A stretch of 64,000 nt of DNA from an uncultured archaeon (GCA_964363635.1 CAYIIU010000001.1:5112-69111); one strand, 5' to 3'; shown: positions 18,540 to 27,438, counted from the first letter of the stretch. Notes: a model not told the origin generated them from the sequence alone. Numbers and translations are program-made.

Positions 18540-19376
18540 ATGGACAAACACCTCATCGCCCAGCTGGCGGGATATTTTCTCATCGTCAATTTGCTTGGAC
18601 TGTTTGTGGGGCACTATTTGATACAGCAGGACGTTCAACCCATTATCATCAACAATGACCCGAATGACATCGTGAACTCGTTCGGGTTGTTAGGATACAT
18701 GCTCGTGGGAACGATTATCATCCTCGCGGCCATCAAATTCTTCCCCGATAAAGTGTTGTATTGGTTTCTCAAAGGGTTGGAATCCATGGCCCTGCTTTTC
18801 AGCACCGTCATTGTGATGATTGCATTTTTGCCCGAAGAATTTGCCATATTTTTAGCATTCGTAATTATTGTCATTCGAATATTTTTTCCCCAATATTTGA
18901 TTTGGAGAAATATTTCCTCCACACTCGCAACGGTGGGAGTGGGCGCACTCTTGGGGGCGAGCATCGGCGTGTGGCCCGTGATTGTATTTTTGATTTTGCT
19001 CGCCGTGTACGATTATATCGCCGTGTTCCAAACCAAACACATGGTGACGATGGCCAAAGCGGTGGCGAAGAAAAATCTCTCGTTCACGTTCGCACTCCCC
19101 ACGAGCAAGCACCAATTCGAATTGGGAACGGGCGACTTAGTCATGCCCCTCGTTTTCAGCGTAGCCATATTAGGAGAATCATTAGACGCCGGATGGATGT
19201 GGCCCTATGCAGTAGTCCCGTCGTTTGGCGTTCTGGTGGCGTCGTTCGCGGGACTGGCATTTACACTCGATTACGGGAGCAAGAACGTTGGAAAGGCCCT
19301 GCCTGCCCTCCCCTTGCAAGTGGGGCTGATGATCCTCATGTACGGCGCGTTGAGCGTCTCCGGGTTATTCGGATAA
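18540..19376 (+). CDS. Presenilin/signal-peptide-peptidase family intramembrane aspartyl protease
   Basis: The protein is polytopic. It has LAVYDYIAVF (the YD motif), ELGTGDLVMP (the GxGD motif) and KALPALPL (the PAL motif), in the canonical order and spacing. Confidence 0.65.
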   Translation: MDKHLIAQLAGYFLIVNLLGLFVGHYLIQQDVQPIIINNDPNDIVNSFGLLGYMLVGTIIILAAIKFFPDKVLYWFLKGLESMALLFSTVIVMIAFLPEEFAIFLAFVIIVIRIFFPQYLIWRNISSTLATVGVGALLGASIGVWPVIVFLILLAVYDYIAVFQTKHMVTMAKAVAKKNLSFTFALPTSKHQFELGTGDLVMPLVFSVAILGESLDAGWMWPYAVVPSFGVLVASFAGLAFTLDYGSKNVGKALPALPLQVGLMILMYGALSVSGLFG

Positions 19377-19467
19377 AAACTAGAACGCTGTATATGCGTG
19401 CATGACCACCGGTGTGCTGTTTATTTTTTCCCCCGCGCTGTACCCTCGCTCAACGCTGGAAAACAAA

Positions 19468-19893
19468 ATGGTTTTTACGCATGGCGCGGTGCAAGAACTC
19501 AAAATGCGGAACGGTGAAGTAGTGGTGCGGGTTAAAGACGAGAAAGGGGAATGGGAAGGATTCATCGAGGAGAAAAATGCCCCCGCGATGAGCGAAGGAC
19601 TCATGGTGCGTGCGTACGGAATCATTTCCGCGCAGCCCGATGGACGGAATGTGCTGGCGTGCAAGTGGATTAAGATGATTCACGACGAAGAACAACAATT
19701 TTGCACACGAAAGACAAATGAAACGTGGGAAAAATTAACAAACGAACATGCTGAACTCGCCGAATTGAAACCATTCGTTCTCCCGCAGCCCAAACTGGTG
19801 AAAACCGAGCACACGATTGCCAAACCGATTGAAAATGCATCCGCGGAGTTCATTTCCGCGGCCGAAATCAAAGTAGAAAGGGAATATTTGTAG
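19468..19893 (+). CDS. Hypothetical protein, possibly a small OB-fold protein
   Basis: GEVVVRVKDEKGEWEGFIEE has a beta-rich character. The start is taken at the internal ATG 19468. Confidence 0.3.
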   Translation: MVFTHGAVQELKMRNGEVVVRVKDEKGEWEGFIEEKNAPAMSEGLMVRAYGIISAQPDGRNVLACKWIKMIHDEEQQFCTRKTNETWEKLTNEHAELAELKPFVLPQPKLVKTEHTIAKPIENASAEFISAAEIKVEREYL

Positions 19894-19900
19894 GCCTCCC

Positions 19901-20026
19901 GAGGGGTTGCAAAACCCCTCTCCGTCCACCGGCACGACCGCAGCCTTTTGAAATGGCCTTTTCAAAAAAGGCCGGCGAAAACTTTTGCTCGAGCTTTTTG
20001 AAAAAGCTCGAAAGGCTGGCGAAAAC
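19901..20026 (+). promoter_or_regulatory. Cluster of three short GC-clamped hairpins with repeated GGCGAAAAY motifs, upstream of aIF-2β
   Basis: gaggggttgcaaaacccctc is at 19901-19920. ggccttttcaaaaaaggcc is at 19955-19973 and is followed by ggcgaaaac. gagctttttgaaaaagctc is at 19991-20009 and is followed by gaaaggctggcgaaaac. Confidence 0.4.
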
Positions 20027-20105
20027 CCGACGCGCGGGGGCGGAACCCCGCATCGGAAGCGGTCCGAAACTGGCCTTTTATAAGGGTTTTTCCGTGTTTT
20101 CATGT

Positions 20106-20519
20106 ATGGAACTGTCCTATGAGCAGATGCTCGACCGCCTCTACACGCAAATTCCGCAAAAATCGTTAGACAAGGAACGATTTATCTTCCCGCGTGTGGA
20201 GAGCTTCATTCAAGGACCAAAAACGTATGTGAAGAACTTTGTCCAATTGATTAAAGTCATGCGGCGCGAAGACCCCAAAGACTTGCTCAAATTTTTGACC
20301 AAAGAAAGTGCGGCACCCGCCAAACCGGAAGGCGACCGTCTTGTTATCGTGGGAAAATTCTCCGAAAAACAAATCAACGACTGGTTCACGCGTTTTTTGG
20401 AAGAATTTGTCATCTGCAAAGAATGCGGAAAACCGGACACGCATTACATTGAACACAACGGCGTCCGTCAGTTAAAGTGTGAAGCGTGCGGAGCCATCTC
20501 TCCGCTGCGGAGAGGATAA
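20106..20519 (+). CDS. eif2b: Translation initiation factor 2 β subunit (aIF-2β)
   Basis: The C-terminus has a zinc ribbon, CKECGKPDT...CEACG, and a preceding KFSEKQINDWFTRFLEEFV region. The start is taken at MELSYEQ. Confidence 0.8.
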   Translation: MELSYEQMLDRLYTQIPQKSLDKERFIFPRVESFIQGPKTYVKNFVQLIKVMRREDPKDLLKFLTKESAAPAKPEGDRLVIVGKFSEKQINDWFTRFLEEFVICKECGKPDTHYIEHNGVRQLKCEACGAISPLRRG

Positions 20520-20522
20520 CCC

Positions 20523-20825
20523 TTGGACAAAAAAATTGCGATGCGCATGCATGCGAATGAAACAGGAAGCGTTCTCGCAGCCGCGGACGCGGAATTGATT
20601 GGAAAAACGCTCAACGAGGGAAAAATCTCCTTGAACGTGAGCAAGACATTCTATCACGAGAAAATAGTGGATGAAAACGAATTCGCCGAACACTTAAACG
20701 AAGCGGAAAACGTCAATTTGATTGGAGAAGAAACATTCAAAGTTGCCGTGAAACAAGGACTTTTGACGCAGAATGGAGTAAAGCGGATTGCTGGAGTGCC
20801 GCACGCGCAAATCTATAAAATCTAA
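20523..20825 (+). CDS. Hypothetical conserved protein co-oriented with the aIF-2β / aIF-1A genes
   Basis: The 100-aa ORF is tightly packed against aIF-2β. Confidence 0.4.
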   Translation: MDKKIAMRMHANETGSVLAAADAELIGKTLNEGKISLNVSKTFYHEKIVDENEFAEHLNEAENVNLIGEETFKVAVKQGLLTQNGVKRIAGVPHAQIYKI

Positions 20826-20854
20826 TTGTTACACGCAGGGAATGGGAAACACAC

Positions 20855-21172
20855 ATGGTTGAAACAACGAATACTGAGGGAGAAACCCAATACAAACTCA
20901 GACTGCCGTATCGGGATCACGGAGAATTGTTTGCGGTTGTAGTGAAACTCCACGGAACCGACCAAATTCTCGCCGCGTGCGAAGACGGAGTTGAGAGACA
21001 TTGCCGCATTCCGGGAAAACTGAAAAAGAAAGTGTGGATGCGTGAAGGAGATGTGATTATTGTACGCTTATGGGATTTTCAACCCATCAAAGGCGATGTC
21101 GTGTGGCGCTACTTGCCCATGCAAACCGAAAAACTGCGACGAATGGGACTGTTGACGAAATTACCTATTTAA
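20855..21172 (+). CDS. eif1a: Translation initiation factor 1A (aIF-1A)
   Basis: GELFAVVVKLHGTDQILAACEDGVERHCRIPGKLKKKVWMREGDVIIV matches the eIF-1A OB fold. Confidence 0.85.
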   Translation: MVETTNTEGETQYKLRLPYRDHGELFAVVVKLHGTDQILAACEDGVERHCRIPGKLKKKVWMREGDVIIVRLWDFQPIKGDVVWRYLPMQTEKLRRMGLLTKLPI

Positions 21173-21197
21173 AGTTCTGCGGCGAAATAGCATACGA

Positions 21198-21419
21198 ATG
21201 GTTAAAAATATGAAAAAACAAGTAAAGAGCATGAACGATGCCGATTCTATTCAAGTACTACAGCAGAGAATGGATCATTTAGAAATGAGAATGAAAGCGC
21301 TTTCGGTAAAAGAAGTTAAACCAACAAAGCAAGATTTACACGACATTCGCCAAGCCCGCAAAGATATTGCTGCTGGAAAAGTAATTCCTTGGTCTAAAGT
21401 GAAAGAACGCCACGGGTGA
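21198..21419 (+). CDS. Putative antitoxin, addiction-module component of the TIGR02574-like type
   Basis: The small helical protein ends AAGKVIPWSKVKER. That C-terminal motif, (G)xIPWEEVK, is characteristic of that antidote family. It sits immediately upstream of a RelE-family toxin. Confidence 0.55.
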   Translation: MVKNMKKQVKSMNDADSIQVLQQRMDHLEMRMKALSVKEVKPTKQDLHDIRQARKDIAAGKVIPWSKVKERHG

Positions 21420-21425
21420 CCAAAA

Positions 21426-21698
21426 ATGGACACTTTTTATGTCGAACTCACCCATCGGGCTGAAAAAGAATACTCTAAACTGGAACCCAAACTAAAAGAA
21501 AGAGTACGGAAAGCCATTAACGCGCTCGCTCAAAATCATGCACCAAAAGAGGAATTTGATGTGGAAAAACTTAGTGGAACCGACTCTGAATATCGCATTC
21601 GAATTCAAACCCACCGCATCAAATATACTGTTTATCACGATGCTAAAAAGATTACTATTTTCAGAATTGAGCGCAAAAAGGATAGAACCTATAAATAA
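21426..21698 (+). CDS. RelE/ParE-family toxin
   Basis: The 90-aa protein contains SEYRIRIQTHRIKYTVYHDAKKITIFRIERKKDR, the RelE pattern YRI..G.YRIiY.v......I..I..R. Confidence 0.7.
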   Translation: MDTFYVELTHRAEKEYSKLEPKLKERVRKAINALAQNHAPKEEFDVEKLSGTDSEYRIRIQTHRIKYTVYHDAKKITIFRIERKKDRTYK

Positions 21699-21718
21699 TC
21701 GCCCCCCTCAACTTATTC

Positions 21719-22483
21719 ATGTCCATGCCCGACGAGTACAATCTGACCAAACTCTTTCCAGAGGAAGACTTGCGAAAGACGTTTGCCAAAGTGTTCGACA
21801 AGAATGTGATTCGAATCATCCACACATTCGCATCACAGGGGCAGATTGACCATTTGGAATTCACCATTTCAACGGGAAAAGAAGCCCATGTGTTCCGCGC
21901 GGCGGACAATTCAGGACACTATCGCGCAGTGAAGATATACAAGATTGAAACAAGCGACTTCAAACGAATGGAAGATTATTTGGATTTTGAACCGCGATTC
22001 AAAAAAGCCAAGCACGATAAACGGAATATTGTGTTTGCGTGGACCCAAAAAGAATTTTCCTCATTACAACGATTTCAAAAATTCGGCGTTCCCGTTCCCA
22101 CGCCGCTGGCAGCGAAAGAAAATGTTTTAGTCATGGAATTCATCGGACAAAAAAACGGACACGCCGCACCGCGTCTGAAGGATGCGCACGTGAAGGATTT
22201 GAAAAAGTTTTATGATGCGGTGTGCTTGGCAATCGCCAACATGCTCCACGCCAAACTCATTCATGGGGATTTGTCCGAGTATAATATTTTAGTCAAGGAT
22301 GATTTGCCGGTGATTATTGACTGCGGACAATCCATCCCCACCATCCACCCCAACGCCAAACACTATTACGAACGTGACATCACGAACATGCTCAAAGTAT
22401 TCCACCGGATTGGAATGAAGGATTTGACGTATGAACAGTTTTACGAAGATGTCAAAAAAATAAAAAATGAAGGCGAATTTTAA
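21719..22483 (+). CDS. rio1: RIO-type serine/threonine protein kinase
   Basis: STGKEAHVF is the P-loop, LIHGDLSEYNILV is the catalytic loop and IDCGQS is the metal-binding loop. Confidence 0.85.
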   Translation: MSMPDEYNLTKLFPEEDLRKTFAKVFDKNVIRIIHTFASQGQIDHLEFTISTGKEAHVFRAADNSGHYRAVKIYKIETSDFKRMEDYLDFEPRFKKAKHDKRNIVFAWTQKEFSSLQRFQKFGVPVPTPLAAKENVLVMEFIGQKNGHAAPRLKDAHVKDLKKFYDAVCLAIANMLHAKLIHGDLSEYNILVKDDLPVIIDCGQSIPTIHPNAKHYYERDITNMLKVFHRIGMKDLTYEQFYEDVKKIKNEGEF

Positions 22484-22490
22484 AATAAAA

Positions 22491-22850
22491 TCACACGAAA
22501 ACAGTGTCGCGGGACCCATCTGGGCGGGTGTTGGCAGGGTTTTCAACAGCTAACAATATCAAATCTTTTGGGCCCGCTTTAAATCCATGAACTTCCTTGG
22601 GAGGATAATAGAGAATATCCCCCTGTTTGATGGGGTGTTCTTTTCCATTCAAGAAAACAACTCCATCTCCTTCGAGAACGTAAACAAACGAATGAGAGTA
22701 ATGGTGATAGTGGCGTGCCACTTCTGAATGCGAGGAAATCACGACGCGAATGACACCGGGACCATCAAAAGGAATGTTTTGAATAGCAGCACCGCTCTCG
22801 GAAGAATTAGGTTTAGGCCACGAATGAGAGGGGTGAATCCACGCGTCCAT
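22491..22850 (-). CDS. Cupin-domain protein
   Basis: The His cluster HYHHYSHSFVYVLEG and PKEVHGF match the two cupin motifs. Confidence 0.6.
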   Translation of the reverse strand: MDAWIHPSHSWPKPNSSESGAAIQNIPFDGPGVIRVVISSHSEVARHYHHYSHSFVYVLEGDGVVFLNGKEHPIKQGDILYYPPKEVHGFKAGPKDLILLAVENPANTRPDGSRDTVFV

Positions 22851-22929
22851 ATAGGCAAAAAAGCCAGAATCCTCTTAAACCCTCTTTACTAACCTCCTAG
22901 TATGCACCTTTGAAAGGTGGATCCCCTCC

Positions 22930-23463
22930 ATGACTGTTGAAGAATTCGCCATCCCCAAAGACCGAGTGGCCGTGGTAATAGGTCCAAACGGGGGAACCCG
23001 TAAAACGATTGAAAAAGAAACCCAGACACGAGTGAAAATCGACAGCAAGAACGGAGACGTTGAGATTGAGGCAGAGGATGCCGTTCAAGTTTTGAAATCC
23101 GCCAACATTGTTCGCGCCATTGGTAGAGGATTTTCCCCCGAACACGCGATGAGACTCGCGGACGATGAATACTATTTGGAAATAATCAACCTTACCGAAT
23201 TTTTGGGAAAACACCACAAGGCGATTCAGTCCAAAAAAGGGAGAATCATTGGAAAAGAAGGCGCCATTCGTTCCCAAATTGAAAAAGACACGCAGACATT
23301 CATTTCAGTATATGGAAAAACAGTCGCCATCATTGGGAAAGCCGATAATGTAGCTAAAGCGATGGAAGCCATCACGATGCTCGTGAAAGGCGCCGAGCAC
23401 GCCACTGTATTAAATTACTTACGCCAATCACTCTCAACAAGCGAAGAGTTTGAATTCAGGTAA
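22930..23463 (+). CDS. KH-domain RNA-binding protein, archaeal Dim2/Krr1-like
   Basis: There are two KH GXXG loops, VIGPNGGTRKTIE and IIGKEGAIRSQIE. The gene neighbourhood aIF-1A-Rio-KH is conserved in archaea. Confidence 0.75.
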   Translation: MTVEEFAIPKDRVAVVIGPNGGTRKTIEKETQTRVKIDSKNGDVEIEAEDAVQVLKSANIVRAIGRGFSPEHAMRLADDEYYLEIINLTEFLGKHHKAIQSKKGRIIGKEGAIRSQIEKDTQTFISVYGKTVAIIGKADNVAKAMEAITMLVKGAEHATVLNYLRQSLSTSEEFEFR

Positions 23464-23467
23464 AAAT

Positions 23468-25189
23468 ATGGCCGCACACGCTCAACAATCGGAAAAACCC
23501 GCTAAAACGGAAGCTGTCACGGCGCAAGACTTGGAAAAAGAGTTCCGCGAACACTCGGTGGCGGAATTCTTCAAGAAAAACAAGCAAATGCTTGGGTTGA
23601 GCGGAAAAACAAAAGCACTCACTACCATCATTCATGAATATGTGACGAATTCCTTGGATGCGTGTGAAAACGCCAACATTCTCCCCGACATTGAAGTACA
23701 AATCAAAGAATTGGGAGACGAATACTACGAAGTCACCAGCACGGACAATGGCCCCGGCCTCACACGTGAAACGGTTGGAAAAGCATTTGGACAATTGCTC
23801 GCGGGAACAAAGTTTCACCGCTTGATGCAAATGCGCGGACAACAAGGAATCGGCGCCGCGGGATGTACGATGCTTTCGCAGATGACCACTGGAAAAGAAG
23901 TAAAAGTCATCACGGGAAACGCCAAAGAAGTATTTTCGTGCGACGTGAGCATTGATACCAAATACAACCACCCAAAAGTATCGAACATTGTTGTTCTCAC
24001 CAAAAAATTCCGAGGAACGGCCGTAAAGGCACACTTCAAAGAAATGAAGTACGTGAACAACGAACAAGGACCGTATGAATATTTGCGACGCACGGCCATC
24101 GCCAATCCTCATGCAAAGATTACATTCACCGATCCCGCCGGCACTACAACAGTGTTCGAACGCACGGCGAAAGTCATTCCGGACAAACCTGAAGAAGTCC
24201 AGCCGCACCCGAAAGGAGTCACCGTTGACGAGCTCTTGAACATGGCCAAAGCCACCCCTTCCCGCAAAACAAATTCGTTTTTGAAAACAGAACTCGACCG
24301 AATGGGAGAAACGGCTATCAAGGAACTGGCGGAAAAGGTTTCATTCGATTTGGACAAGGACCCGCATCAACTCACATGGCAGGAAATTGAAGAAATAATC
24401 AAGGGGTTCAAAACGATTACATTCATCGCCCCGCGAACCGATTGTTTACGCCCGATTGGGGAAGAACAAATAATCAAGTCGTTGAAATCAATTGTGGAAC
24501 CCGAATTTTTATCCGTGGTCACACGCAAACCGCAAGTTTCGCAAGGAGGATACCCATTCCAAGTGGAAGTGAGTGTGGGATACGGAGGAAAAGCCGGACG
24601 AAGAGTAGGAGAAGAGATGCGCATGGAAATTATGCGCTTCGCCAACCGCGCACCCTTGTTGTTTGACACGGGCGGATGCGGCATTACGGAAGCGGTGAAA
24701 ACGGTTGACTGGAAACGCTACGGAATCAAAGACGCGGAAACAGCGCCTGTTACGGTTTTTGTGAATCTGATTTCCGTCCACATCCCCTACACGGGAGCCG
24801 GAAAGCAAGCGATTGCCAACGACGAAGAAATCGTCGAAGAAATCCGACTCTCTTTGATGGACGCCGGACGAAAAACCGCGCGGTACATCATCGGAAAAGA
24901 ACGCGAACGTTTGAAGATGGAAAAGAAACGAATCTATTCCAAATACGCCATTGAAGTGGCCATTGCGTTGGGAGAACTCGTGGAGAAGGATCCCAAGCCC
25001 ATCGAGCACAAACTGCTTGACATTGTTGCCAAACGCTTGAAGATTGATGAAGCGCAAGAAAAAGAATTGGAAGCTGAATCGGATGCGGAATTGGAAAAAG
25101 AAATTGCGCGATTAGGCAAATTAGACAAGGAATCCAAGGGCGGAAAGGCCAAAAAGAAAGAAGACGATGAAAATGGCGGTGAGGAATAA
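23468..25189 (+). CDS. top6B: DNA topoisomerase VI subunit B
   Basis: The GHKL/Bergerat ATPase motifs EYVTNSLDA, TDNGPGL and GQQGIGAAG are present. The stop overlaps the top6A start (ATGA). Confidence 0.9.
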   Translation: MAAHAQQSEKPAKTEAVTAQDLEKEFREHSVAEFFKKNKQMLGLSGKTKALTTIIHEYVTNSLDACENANILPDIEVQIKELGDEYYEVTSTDNGPGLTRETVGKAFGQLLAGTKFHRLMQMRGQQGIGAAGCTMLSQMTTGKEVKVITGNAKEVFSCDVSIDTKYNHPKVSNIVVLTKKFRGTAVKAHFKEMKYVNNEQGPYEYLRRTAIANPHAKITFTDPAGTTTVFERTAKVIPDKPEEVQPHPKGVTVDELLNMAKATPSRKTNSFLKTELDRMGETAIKELAEKVSFDLDKDPHQLTWQEIEEIIKGFKTITFIAPRTDCLRPIGEEQIIKSLKSIVEPEFLSVVTRKPQVSQGGYPFQVEVSVGYGGKAGRRVGEEMRMEIMRFANRAPLLFDTGGCGITEAVKTVDWKRYGIKDAETAPVTVFVNLISVHIPYTGAGKQAIANDEEIVEEIRLSLMDAGRKTARYIIGKERERLKMEKKRIYSKYAIEVAIALGELVEKDPKPIEHKLLDIVAKRLKIDEAQEKELEAESDAELEKEIARLGKLDKESKGGKAKKKEDDENGGEE

Positions 25190-26292
25190 TGGCTGGACTC
25201 TCAACGAAAGATAAGGAAGTCATCAAGAAACTCGAAGTATTGGGAAACCAGCTCGTTTCGCAGATTAACAAGGGAGATAATCCGTCGATGGAACTGCCAG
25301 TCCGTTCACTTGGAAACATTTTCTTCGACCAAAAGTCACGAACCATCAAATTAGGAGACAAAACATCCGAACGACAATTCCTGAACATTGCCCACACGCG
25401 AAAATTCATGCAAACCACGCTTGTGGCGAATGAAATCAAAAAAGTCATTCAGCAGAATGCCACAGTATCCATTCGTGATCTCTATTACGCACTCAAACAT
25501 ACCATTGAAGGGACGCAGGAGAATACTTTCGAAGACCAGTCCGAAAGTGATCCTCTTGTGGAAGACGTAGAAGCCTCGCTCAATTTGCTCCGCGAAGAAT
25601 TGCATCTTGCAGCATCGGCGAAAGGAATCATCGCCGGAGACATGGTGGTGCAGGATGGAAAGGACATCATTGATTTAGCCAAAATGGGTTCAGGCGGATG
25701 GTCCGTCCCCTCGAATGTGGAAGAGGACCGAATTGAAATAAAGAAAATGAAAGCCGACTATGTGCTTTTCATCGAAAAGGACGCTGTGTGGCGACGCTTC
25801 AATGAAGATAAGTTCTGGGAGAAAAATAATTGTATCATTATTACTGGTCGTGGACAAGCGGCGCGCGGAGAACGACGATTCGTTCAGCGTTTGAGCCGCG
25901 AACATAAATTGCCCGTGTACGCACTCATGGATGCGGACCCGTGGGGAATGTACATTTACTCGGTGATCAAACAAGGATCCATTTCACTTTCGTATTCGGA
26001 AGAAAAACTCGCCACTCCCGATACGAAATACATCGGTTTGACGGTTGGAGATGTGGACAAGTTCAAAATCCCCAAAGAAGTGACGATTAAACTCAACACG
26101 CTTGATTTGAAACGCTTAGATGAACTCAAATCATACGAGTGGTTCAAGCACAAGAAATGGCAGCAAGAGTTCGACTTGATGAAAGAGAAAAACATCAAGA
26201 TGGAATTGGAAGCCCTTTCCAAAAAAGGAATCCGCTTCATCACGGAGGAATACTTGCCACGAAAGATTAAGGACGAAGACTTCCTTCCATGA
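25189..26292 (+). CDS. top6A: DNA topoisomerase VI subunit A (Spo11 homolog)
   Basis: IRDLYY contains the catalytic Tyr region. ALMDADPWG is the Toprim DxD motif. The size is 367 aa. Confidence 0.9.
   Translation: MAGLSTKDKEVIKKLEVLGNQLVSQINKGDNPSMELPVRSLGNIFFDQKSRTIKLGDKTSERQFLNIAHTRKFMQTTLVANEIKKVIQQNATVSIRDLYYALKHTIEGTQENTFEDQSESDPLVEDVEASLNLLREELHLAASAKGIIAGDMVVQDGKDIIDLAKMGSGGWSVPSNVEEDRIEIKKMKADYVLFIEKDAVWRRFNEDKFWEKNNCIIITGRGQAARGERRFVQRLSREHKLPVYALMDADPWGMYIYSVIKQGSISLSYSEEKLATPDTKYIGLTVGDVDKFKIPKEVTIKLNTLDLKRLDELKSYEWFKHKKWQQEFDLMKEKNIKMELEALSKKGIRFITEEYLPRKIKDEDFLP
26212..26292 (+). repeat. Direct repeat copy 1, the authentic 3' end of top6A
   Basis: It encodes ALSKKGIRFITEEYLPRKIKDEDFLP*. 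Confidence 0.7.
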
Positions 26293-26428
26293 TTCTTTTC
26301 ATGGCTTTAACCGATTGATTGCCTTCAAATGGCCAAATTCAAGTCAAAAGATACATCAGTCTAACACTTGTTAATTTGGCGACTTAGCACCCCAACCATT
26401 AAGATATTGTCTGTTTTGAGAAATAAGT

Positions 26429-27274
26429 ATGGATAAGCAGGTCATCACACAGCTTACAAAAAAGTTTGAGGAGTATACCCGAGAAGCGGGGGGAATAGAG
26501 TTTTGGTTTGCAAGAGACCTTCAAATCCTTTTAGACTATGATAAATGGGAAAATTTTCTAAATGCAATCGACAAAGCAAAAATGGCTTGTACAAACTCAG
26601 GCTACGACTTAAATGACCATTTTCCCGGCATCAGGAAAATGGTTGATATTGGTTCAGGAGCAAAAAGAGAAATTGATGATATGATGCTGACCCGGTATGC
26701 GTGCTATCTCATTGCGCAGAATGGAGACCCTAGGAAGGAACAAATTGCTTTTGCTCAAAGCTATTTTGCCATCCAGACAAGAAAGCAGGAATTGATTGAA
26801 CAAAGAATAGGACTGCAAGAACGAATGTATGTGAGACAAAAACTCATAACTTCTGAAACAGAACTTTCCAAATTAATCTATGAGAGGGGAGTCGATGATA
26901 ATGGTTTTGCTAGAATCAGAAGCAAAGGAGACCAAGTTCTATTTGGCGGTTATTCGACTGGTCAGATGAAAAGTAAACTAGGAATCCCCCAACATAAACC
27001 ACTAGCCGATTTTCTCCCAACCATTACCATAACAGCCAAAAACCTTGCAACGGAAATTACTAACTTTAATGTTAAAAAAGAGGAATTGCGAGGCGAAAAT
27101 ACTATCACAAAGGAACATATGAGAAACAATTCAGATGTGCGGGATTTATTGAACAAGCGCGGAATAAAGCCCGAAGAACTCCCGCCCGAAGCGGATATTA
27201 AAAAGTTAGAAAGAAAAGTCAAGAAGGATGAACAAAAAATGGCCAACCGTTCAAAACACCAAAAACTAAATTAA
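26429..27274 (+). CDS. dinD: DinD-like protein, DNA-damage-inducible protein D family, normally bacterial
   Basis: FEEYTREAGGIEFWFARDLQILLDYDKWENF, HFPGIRKMVDIGSGAKREIDD and LTRYACYLIAQNGDPRKEQIAFAQSYFAIQTRKQEL are present. They closely resemble E. coli DinD as I recall it. The gene is more AT-rich than its flanks. Confidence 0.6.
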   Translation: MDKQVITQLTKKFEEYTREAGGIEFWFARDLQILLDYDKWENFLNAIDKAKMACTNSGYDLNDHFPGIRKMVDIGSGAKREIDDMMLTRYACYLIAQNGDPRKEQIAFAQSYFAIQTRKQELIEQRIGLQERMYVRQKLITSETELSKLIYERGVDDNGFARIRSKGDQVLFGGYSTGQMKSKLGIPQHKPLADFLPTITITAKNLATEITNFNVKKEELRGENTITKEHMRNNSDVRDLLNKRGIKPEELPPEADIKKLERKVKKDEQKMANRSKHQKLN

Positions 27275-27322
27275 TCCGGTTAAACCAGCGAAAACCTTTA
27301 GGAAATTTTTGGGAAGACGATG

Positions 27323-27402
27323 CCCTATCCAAGAAGGAAATCCGCTTCATCGCGGAAAAATACTTGCCACGAAAGATTAAGGACGAAGACTTCCTACCTT
27401 GA
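27323..27402 (+). repeat. Direct repeat copy 2, a diverged duplicate of the top6A 3' end, about 90% identical
   Basis: It encodes ALSKKEIRFIAEKYLPRKIKDEDFLP* in frame. A 37-nt stretch, aatacttgccacgaaagattaaggacgaagacttcct, is identical to copy 1. Confidence 0.7.
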
Positions 27403-27438
27403 CAGCAACTATTTATTCAAGCGAAATTCTAGTTTGAC

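Noticed and set aside
18761-19405. Arg-rich ORF of 214 aa on the plus strand
   Set aside because: It lies entirely within the presenilin-like gene in another frame. It is low-complexity and Arg-rich, which suggests an alternate-frame artefact.
19901-20026. Whether this is a CRISPR array or tRNA-like gene
   Set aside because: The hairpin units are not regularly spaced and not identical, so this is not a CRISPR array. No cloverleaf can be folded.
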